Origin: Longimicrobiales bacterium
GTDB lineage: Bacteria; Gemmatimonadota; Gemmatimonadetes; Longimicrobiales; Gaopeijiaceae
DNA: 64,000 bases
Direction: 5' to 3'
NCBI GenBank assembly: GCA_965203485.1
Contig: OZ241892.1
Location: forward strand, 160,001-224,000
Translations under genes and position numbers: made by a program
Notes under the pieces: generated by a model
Databases searched by the model: none
Told to the model about the DNA's origin: nothing
What the model saw: only the letters and a program-made list of their open reading frames with translations
Part shown: positions 56,991 through 64,000 of the stretch, piece after piece
Layout: each line of letters starts with the position of its first letter
Numbering within the stretch: position 1 is the stretch's first letter

Positions 56991-58883
56991 TCACGGGCGC
57001 GGCGGGATCAGCCATCGCACCACGCGCCCGTCTGCGCCGAGCACGCCCAAGGGACCCTTGCGGACGTCTCCGTCCAGCGAGACGATCCGCCGCGGCCCCG
57101 ACGCCCGCCCGGACGAGGCGGCCGACAGGCGGAACGCGTCCGCCGCCGCGTAGGCGACTTCGGCGTAGCCCAAGTCCTCCATCGCGGCGATCGTCACGGC
57201 ACTGAGCGGGTTCGGTTTGCCGGCGTCGATCAGCCCCGTTAGGAGTTCATCGCCGAAGACGGACTCGCGCCAGTGCACGTTCCGGGTGCCGACGCCGTAC
57301 CGGTTTTCCACCGGCACCTTGCTGCCGGCATGGTCCGTGCCTCCGGCCGCGTCGAACTCGCGGACGGCAATCGCTCCCGCGAAGTGCGTGTCGGCGGTCC
57401 CCGATGCGTCTTCGGCGGCTCCGCGCAACAGCCCGTGGTAGCGCCAGAGCGTGCCGAAGCCCAGCACGTGGGCCACCTCGTGCAGCAACGTCCCGAACAG
57501 ATGACCGGACTCGTTCAGCCCGGCGACGTCCGCCTCGTCCAACGACAGCACGCCGACCGCGGGCAGACCGTTGCTCTCGCGCAGAAAGCACGGACCCGCC
57601 GACGCGATGACGCCGCCCGGCCCGTCGGCTTCCTCGACGACGGCGAAGACGAGCACGTCGTCCACCTTCCGAACCGGCGGATGCTCCATCGCGTCGGTGC
57701 ACCGCGCCAAGTCCGCGCCGCCGACGGCCACGGGCGCCAAGTTGCCCCGGATCGCCGCCTCCCAGCGCGCCTCGGCGGCCTCGAACGCTTGGCGCAGCTC
57801 GGGCGCAAGCCGGGACGGACGCGCGTGCACCAGGCGCACGTCGAACGAAGGAGGGATGCCCACTGCCGAGAACATCACCCGCGTGCCGGCGAATTCCGCG
57901 CCGCCGGTTGCCGCGGTCGCCTCGAGAGCGTGCTGCGGACCCAGCTCGTGCCCGACGGTCCACTCGTCCGGCTCGGCCTGTCCGGCGCTGTCCGTGACCT
58001 GCTCGGCCCCGGTAACGCGGCCGCTCCCCTTGGCGACGGCGAACGCCACGCGCACGCCGGGCACGCCGTTGCCGTACGCGTCGTCCACTCTCACGCGCGG
58101 GGCCACCAGCGCGGGCGAACCGGCTTCGACTTCCTGGCCGTCCCCGGCCGCCGCCGCCATCGACGTGGGCGGCCCCGGCGCGGCAATGGCGCGCACCGTG
58201 GCTGGATTGCCGGCGATTCCGCCGCCCGGCACGGCCGCCAACAGCTCCTGGGGGCCCGCGACCGGGCCCAGCGTCCACGCGCCCGGCGACGCCTCGCCCC
58301 GCCCGGAAGTCACCGCCTGCGCCCCCTCGACCGCGCCGTTGCGCGCAATGAACGCCACCGCGACGCCCTCCAACGGAGCCCCGTCTGCGTCCAGCACGCG
58401 CACGGCCGGCCGAACCCGCACCGGCTGGCCCACCATTCCGGCTTGGCCGTCGCCCGCAACGATGCGCACGGCGGCGGGCGCTCCGGTCGCGACGGCGGCG
58501 AACACCGCCGGCGACAAGCCGTCCACGATCGCCTCGAGGCGCTGGGCGCCCACGGCTTCGCCCAGCGTCCACGCGCCTGCCGACGCTCTTCCGCCCGTCG
58601 CCGTCTTGACTTGCCCGAACTCCACTTCTCCCGACCCGGACGCCGGACGAAACGTCACGTCCACGCCCGCGACCCCGTCGCCGTCCGCGCCGACGACCCT
58701 GACCACCAGTTCCACCGGCAACGCGCGTCCGGCTCGTCCCTTCTGCCCGCCGCCGGACTCGGCCAGCACGGCCACCGGAGCCGCGGGAGCGGCCGTGCCC
58801 GAGCCGCCGTCGCATCCGAGAACGGGCGCCGCGAGCCCCGTCGCGACGATCCGCCAGGAGGCTCGGAGGCGCGCGGCGCTCAC
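56991..58883 (-). CDS. Lipoprotein with Ig-like (Big_1) repeats and a leishmanolysin-like (M8) zinc peptidase domain, HExxH intact
   Basis: VLGC lipobox; repeated GDGQ...V.V.D..G..V.GV.V.F...WTLG units; HEVAHVLGFG; HWRESVFGDEL; GTGA overlap with the upstream paralog. Confidence 0.82.
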   Translation of the reverse strand: MSAARLRASWRIVATGLAAPVLGCDGGSGTAAPAAPVAVLAESGGGQKGRAGRALPVELVVRVVGADGDGVAGVDVTFRPASGSGEVEFGQVKTATGGRASAGAWTLGEAVGAQRLEAIVDGLSPAVFAAVATGAPAAVRIVAGDGQAGMVGQPVRVRPAVRVLDADGAPLEGVAVAFIARNGAVEGAQAVTSGRGEASPGAWTLGPVAGPQELLAAVPGGGIAGNPATVRAIAAPGPPTSMAAAAGDGQEVEAGSPALVAPRVRVDDAYGNGVPGVRVAFAVAKGSGRVTGAEQVTDSAGQAEPDEWTVGHELGPQHALEATAATGGAEFAGTRVMFSAVGIPPSFDVRLVHARPSRLAPELRQAFEAAEARWEAAIRGNLAPVAVGGADLARCTDAMEHPPVRKVDDVLVFAVVEEADGPGGVIASAGPCFLRESNGLPAVGVLSLDEADVAGLNESGHLFGTLLHEVAHVLGFGTLWRYHGLLRGAAEDASGTADTHFAGAIAVREFDAAGGTDHAGSKVPVENRYGVGTRNVHWRESVFGDELLTGLIDAGKPNPLSAVTIAAMEDLGYAEVAYAAADAFRLSAASSGRASGPRRIVSLDGDVRKGPLGVLGADGRVVRWLIPPRP

Positions 58884-60883
58884 CGCGACTCCCTCCGGGC
58901 GGCGGCCGGCTTGGCGCTCGGCGACGCCCGTGGAAGCGCGGCGGGGTCGTTCGCCGGGGACGTCCCGCTGGCGGCGGCGACCGCCCAAGGCGCCAAGGTC
59001 GGCCGGTCCGGACCGCCGGCGCGGCTCACTGCGCCGGTCTTGGCGTCCAGCACGCGCCGGGGCAGGGCCAGCCCGTCGTCCCCCAGCCAGAGCCAGCGGG
59101 TCGCCGCTTCCGTCGGCAGCCCGGCGCCGCCCGCGCTCGGGCCGGGCAATGCGTAGTCGTCCGCCACGCTCAAGTCCACGTCGCGATAGCCGGCGTCGCG
59201 CATCGTGGCCAGCGTCACGACGCTGAGTGGGTTGGGACCGCCCGCCCGCACGACCTCCGTGAGAAGCTCCGGTCCGAACACCGACGCTCGCCAGTGAAGG
59301 TTCCCTTCCGCCTCCGAGACTGGATCAAGGGGGGTGCCGGCGCCCGCAACGACGCTTCCTCCGAGCGACTTGAACGCGGACAGCGCCTCCGAGCCCGTGA
59401 AGTAGAGGCCCGACGGCGCACCGACGGCGCCTCCCAGCAAGTCCTTGCCCCGCCACAGCGTCGTGCCGAAGCCGAGCGCGTGGGCCAGCTGGTGCCGCGC
59501 CAAGTCGGCCAGGGTCGCCGCCGACAGCGTCGGGACGTCGGCGGCATCGAACACGACCACCGAGATCGCCGGCCAGACTTCGCCCTCGTCCGTCAAGGCC
59601 CAGCACCACCCGGACCGCGCCAACGTGCCGCCCGGCCCGTCCAGAGGCGCCGCCACCGAAAAGACCAGGTGGTCGTCGATCACGAACCGGGCCGGGAGGC
59701 CCATCCAGGCCGCTTCGTCGTCGGAAAAGCAGCGCGCGACGGTCTCACGGCGCCAGAAGAGGCCCAGCACGTCCGCTTCGACGACGGACTGCCAAGTCGC
59801 TCGCGCGTCGTCAAGCGCGGCCACGAGCGCGGGGACGGGTTCGGGGAGGTGGAGAACTTCGATGTCGAAGTCGGCGGCTTCGGGTGCGGCCGCGATCGTG
59901 GCGGAAGCGCCGGTCACGGCCGAGCCCACCGACAAGATCGTGGCCGTGAGCGCGTTGCGCGCGCCTGCGGTCGGGCCCATCACCCAGCGGTCCACGACCG
60001 CCACGCCGCGCCCGTCCGTGTATACGACCGAGTCCATGACCCGTCCGCCGCCCGAAGCCTCGACGCCCACTGCCACCCAGGGCACCCCGTTGCCGTGAAC
60101 GTCCGTGACCCGCAGCGTCGCCGGGGGCCAGTAGTAGCGGTCCACTTCCGGTTCCGCCGCACCCGGCCGCAACGCGAACTGCGCCGGCAGCGCAGGCGTG
60201 GCGGTGGCGCGAAAGACCACCGGGTTGTTCGCGATGCCGCTCCCCGCGACGCCCGCGAGCAGCCGTTGCGGCCCCGCGGCCGGACCCAGCCTCCAGACGC
60301 CTGGGGACGCGCGCCCGGCGTCGTCCGTGTAGACTTGTCCCTGTCCGACGCTTCCCTGGTCGGCGGCGAACGTCACGAGCACGAACGGCGCCGGCTCCCC
60401 GTCCGCTTCAAGGACCCGCACCGCGGGCGCCGTCGGCGTCGCCGATGCGACCTCCGCCGCCTGTCCGTCGCCCGCAACGACGACGATTGCGGCCGGATCG
60501 CCCGCCGCCCCGGCGCTGAAGAACACCGGATCGAGCCCGGCCGCGGCCGCTTCCAGGCGCTGTCTTCCCTTGGCGCCCAGCGTCCAGCGGCCCGCCGCCG
60601 CCGTTCCGTCCGCGCCGGTGGCCGCCGACTGGGATGCGACGCTCCCGCCGCCCTGCACGACTCGGAACGTCACGGCGACGCCGGCGACGCCCGCTCCCGA
60701 GGCGGCCACCGCCTTCACCGACGGCTCCACCGCGACGGGCTCGCCAGCGGCCGCCACTTGCTCGGCGCCCGCCTCGACCACAAGCGCGACAGGAGCCTCC
60801 GAGTCCGGTCCCGTTCCCGAGTCGCACGCGCCCAGGCCCAGCACGAGCAACGCGCGGGCGCGACGGGCGCAACGCGCGCGCAA
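58880..60883 (-). CDS. Paralogous Ig-like/leishmanolysin-like lipoprotein with HQxxH (probable pseudoprotease)
   Basis: LGAC lipobox after TTG 60883 (alternative ATG 61015); same Ig-like units; HQLAHALGFG; HWRASVFGPEL. Confidence 0.78.
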   Translation of the reverse strand: MRARCARRARALLVLGLGACDSGTGPDSEAPVALVVEAGAEQVAAAGEPVAVEPSVKAVAASGAGVAGVAVTFRVVQGGGSVASQSAATGADGTAAAGRWTLGAKGRQRLEAAAAGLDPVFFSAGAAGDPAAIVVVAGDGQAAEVASATPTAPAVRVLEADGEPAPFVLVTFAADQGSVGQGQVYTDDAGRASPGVWRLGPAAGPQRLLAGVAGSGIANNPVVFRATATPALPAQFALRPGAAEPEVDRYYWPPATLRVTDVHGNGVPWVAVGVEASGGGRVMDSVVYTDGRGVAVVDRWVMGPTAGARNALTATILSVGSAVTGASATIAAAPEAADFDIEVLHLPEPVPALVAALDDARATWQSVVEADVLGLFWRRETVARCFSDDEAAWMGLPARFVIDDHLVFSVAAPLDGPGGTLARSGWCWALTDEGEVWPAISVVVFDAADVPTLSAATLADLARHQLAHALGFGTTLWRGKDLLGGAVGAPSGLYFTGSEALSAFKSLGGSVVAGAGTPLDPVSEAEGNLHWRASVFGPELLTEVVRAGGPNPLSVVTLATMRDAGYRDVDLSVADDYALPGPSAGGAGLPTEAATRWLWLGDDGLALPRRVLDAKTGAVSRAGGPDRPTLAPWAVAAASGTSPANDPAALPRASPSAKPAAARRESR

Positions 60884-61011
60884 GTTCCTTCCGCTTCCCG
60901 TGTCGCCGCAGGAAAGGTCCGGCCCAGGTTGCTCGTCGGCGCGACGGGCGTGCAGTCTCCGCCCGCCGCCCTGTCCGCCGCCGCCGGGACGCGTTTGGTG
61001 CGGCGGGCGGC

Positions 61012-62253
61012 TCATGCGCCGCTTGCTCCCGCCCGGGGCGCTGCGGCGCCGGGAGGCCGTTGGGCGCGCCGGCGACCTCCGTCGGCCGGGGGTTCCGTCC
61101 GATCCTGCGCCTTGGCGATCAGGTCGTCGTAGACGTAGCGCCGGTTGCGGCGGCCGCCGGTGATCTCGCGGACGATCCCGCAACCGGCCAGCGCGTCCAT
61201 GGCGGAGTCCGCGGTCTGGAACGCGAGGCCAGTGGCCCGGCAAGCCGCGGGAATCGACAGGTAGGGGCGCACGATCAACGCTTCGTAGAGGCGAAGTGCC
61301 GTCGGCGTCCGCCGGCCGGCATCGGCCGCGATCCGCGCCCGCGCGCCCGCGAAAGTCTCGACCAAGCGAGCCGCGACGGAAGCGGCATGCGCGGCGGCCG
61401 CCTCCACCGCTTCCAGGAAGTACCCCAGCCACGCCTCCCAGTCGCCAGTTTGGTGCACGCCTCTGAGCGCTTGGTAGTACGACGGACGGCGCCACGCCAA
61501 GCGGAGGCTCCAGGGCAGCAGAGGCCGGCGCAGCACGCCGGTTTCGAGCAGGATGCACGTCGCAAGGAGCCGGCCCACGCGCCCGTTGCCGTCCACGAAG
61601 GGATGGATCGTCTCGAACTGGGCGTGGGCCAACCCGGCCCGGAGGAGCACCGGCATGCCGTGGCCGCCCCGTTGCACGAAGCGCTCGAGCGTCCGCATGC
61701 ATCCGGCCACGGCGCCGTGGGGCGGGGGAACGAAGGCCGCGACGCTCGGCCGCCGGCCGCCGATCCAGTTCTGGACGCGCCGGAACTCGCCCGGACAGGC
61801 TGTCCTTCCGTGGGGACCCTGCATCAGCTCTCCGTGCATCTCGCGGAGCAGCCGGTTCGACAGGCGGACACCCTCGTTCATCCGCCGGAGCCCGTGGTCC
61901 AGGGCCGCCACGCAGTTGGCCGTCTGGGCGGCGGCCGCGTCGGCGGGCTCCTCCGCGTCGCCGTCCAAGTCGAAGCGCAGAAGCTCCAGGAGCGAGCAAC
62001 GGATGCCCTCGATCCTCGACGAAAGCATGGCCTCCTCGCGGACGAGCGTCCGGATCACCGCGGCCGCGTCGGCGCTTCCATGCGCCGCTCCTTCCAGCCG
62101 TCCCACCGCGAGGGCCGCCGCCTCCATCTTCCCCTGCAACGCTTCGTCCACGACCAGTCCCGGTCTCGGCGGCAACGGCGCCGGCACCAAGGCTTGGACC
62201 CGCTCCCCTGCGACGGCCACGACCTCGTACCTGCCGGTTTGGTCGCGTCTTAT
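61012..62253 (-). CDS. Fic family protein (Fic_N, Fic core and C-terminal HTH-like region)
   Basis: Catalytic HPFVDGNGRVGR; auto-inhibitory-type SSRIEG; PGEFRRVQNWIG. Start uncertain (ATA at 62253 or GTG at 62364). Confidence 0.88.
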   Translation of the reverse strand: MRRDQTGRYEVVAVAGERVQALVPAPLPPRPGLVVDEALQGKMEAAALAVGRLEGAAHGSADAAAVIRTLVREEAMLSSRIEGIRCSLLELLRFDLDGDAEEPADAAAAQTANCVAALDHGLRRMNEGVRLSNRLLREMHGELMQGPHGRTACPGEFRRVQNWIGGRRPSVAAFVPPPHGAVAGCMRTLERFVQRGGHGMPVLLRAGLAHAQFETIHPFVDGNGRVGRLLATCILLETGVLRRPLLPWSLRLAWRRPSYYQALRGVHQTGDWEAWLGYFLEAVEAAAAHAASVAARLVETFAGARARIAADAGRRTPTALRLYEALIVRPYLSIPAACRATGLAFQTADSAMDALAGCGIVREITGGRRNRRYVYDDLIAKAQDRTEPPADGGRRRAQRPPGAAAPRAGASGA

Positions 62254-62293
62254 TGCAAGTTCCCTTGGTTTCGTGGAATAACGAGACGTCTTA

Positions 62294-62319
62294 TTACGTT
62301 TTCGGTACTGAAAACGTAA
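62294..62319. promoter_or_regulatory. AT-rich 26-bp near-perfect palindrome (candidate operator)
   Basis: TTACGTTTTC-GGTACT-GAAAACGTAA, upstream of fic. Confidence 0.6.
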
Positions 62320-62376
62320 CACGTTGCGGCGTGGCGGCCACGGATGGCCGCGAGCCGCGGTCACGCCCGGTGGGTG

Positions 62377-63999
<1,623 letters not shown>

Positions 64000-64000
64000 G

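Noticed and set aside
61016..61999. Apparent extension of the HQxxH lipoprotein ORF
   Set aside because: Alternative frame over fic; the lipoprotein signal places the start near 60883.

Overview
High-GC bacterial chromosome segment. The gene content (EcxA-type zinc metalloproteases, BNR/VPS10 propeller, Ig-domain leishmanolysin-like lipoproteins, arylsulfotransferase-like proteins) resembles Gemmatimonadota, possibly a host-associated lineage; this is inference only. Housekeeping genes: metY, fbaB, menF-D-B-A-E, tyrS, purEK, rho, mlaEFD, partial thiC, an RND efflux pair and an ABC exporter. Accessory content: (i) three tandem paralogous multi-pass membrane proteins with a GT-C-like architecture; (ii) two tandem secreted helical proteins sharing an ECF-like promoter motif; (iii) an island at about 22.2-27.4 kb with a low-GC DUF262 + HEPN candidate defence pair, an IS3 element that disrupted a VOC gene, and a small secreted 8-cysteine peptide gene abutting a beta-propeller lipoprotein gene; (iv) an RNAP alpha-CTD-like/sigma4 HTH protein; (v) a tandem pair of leishmanolysin-like lipoproteins, one with HExxH and one with HQxxH; (vi) a Fic gene preceded by an AT-rich 26-bp palindrome. 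The best candidates for an undescribed system are the Cys-rich peptide/propeller module, the protease/pseudoprotease pair and the triplicated membrane-protein array. No tRNA, rRNA or convincing CRISPR array was seen. All family assignments come from motif reading, not database searches.
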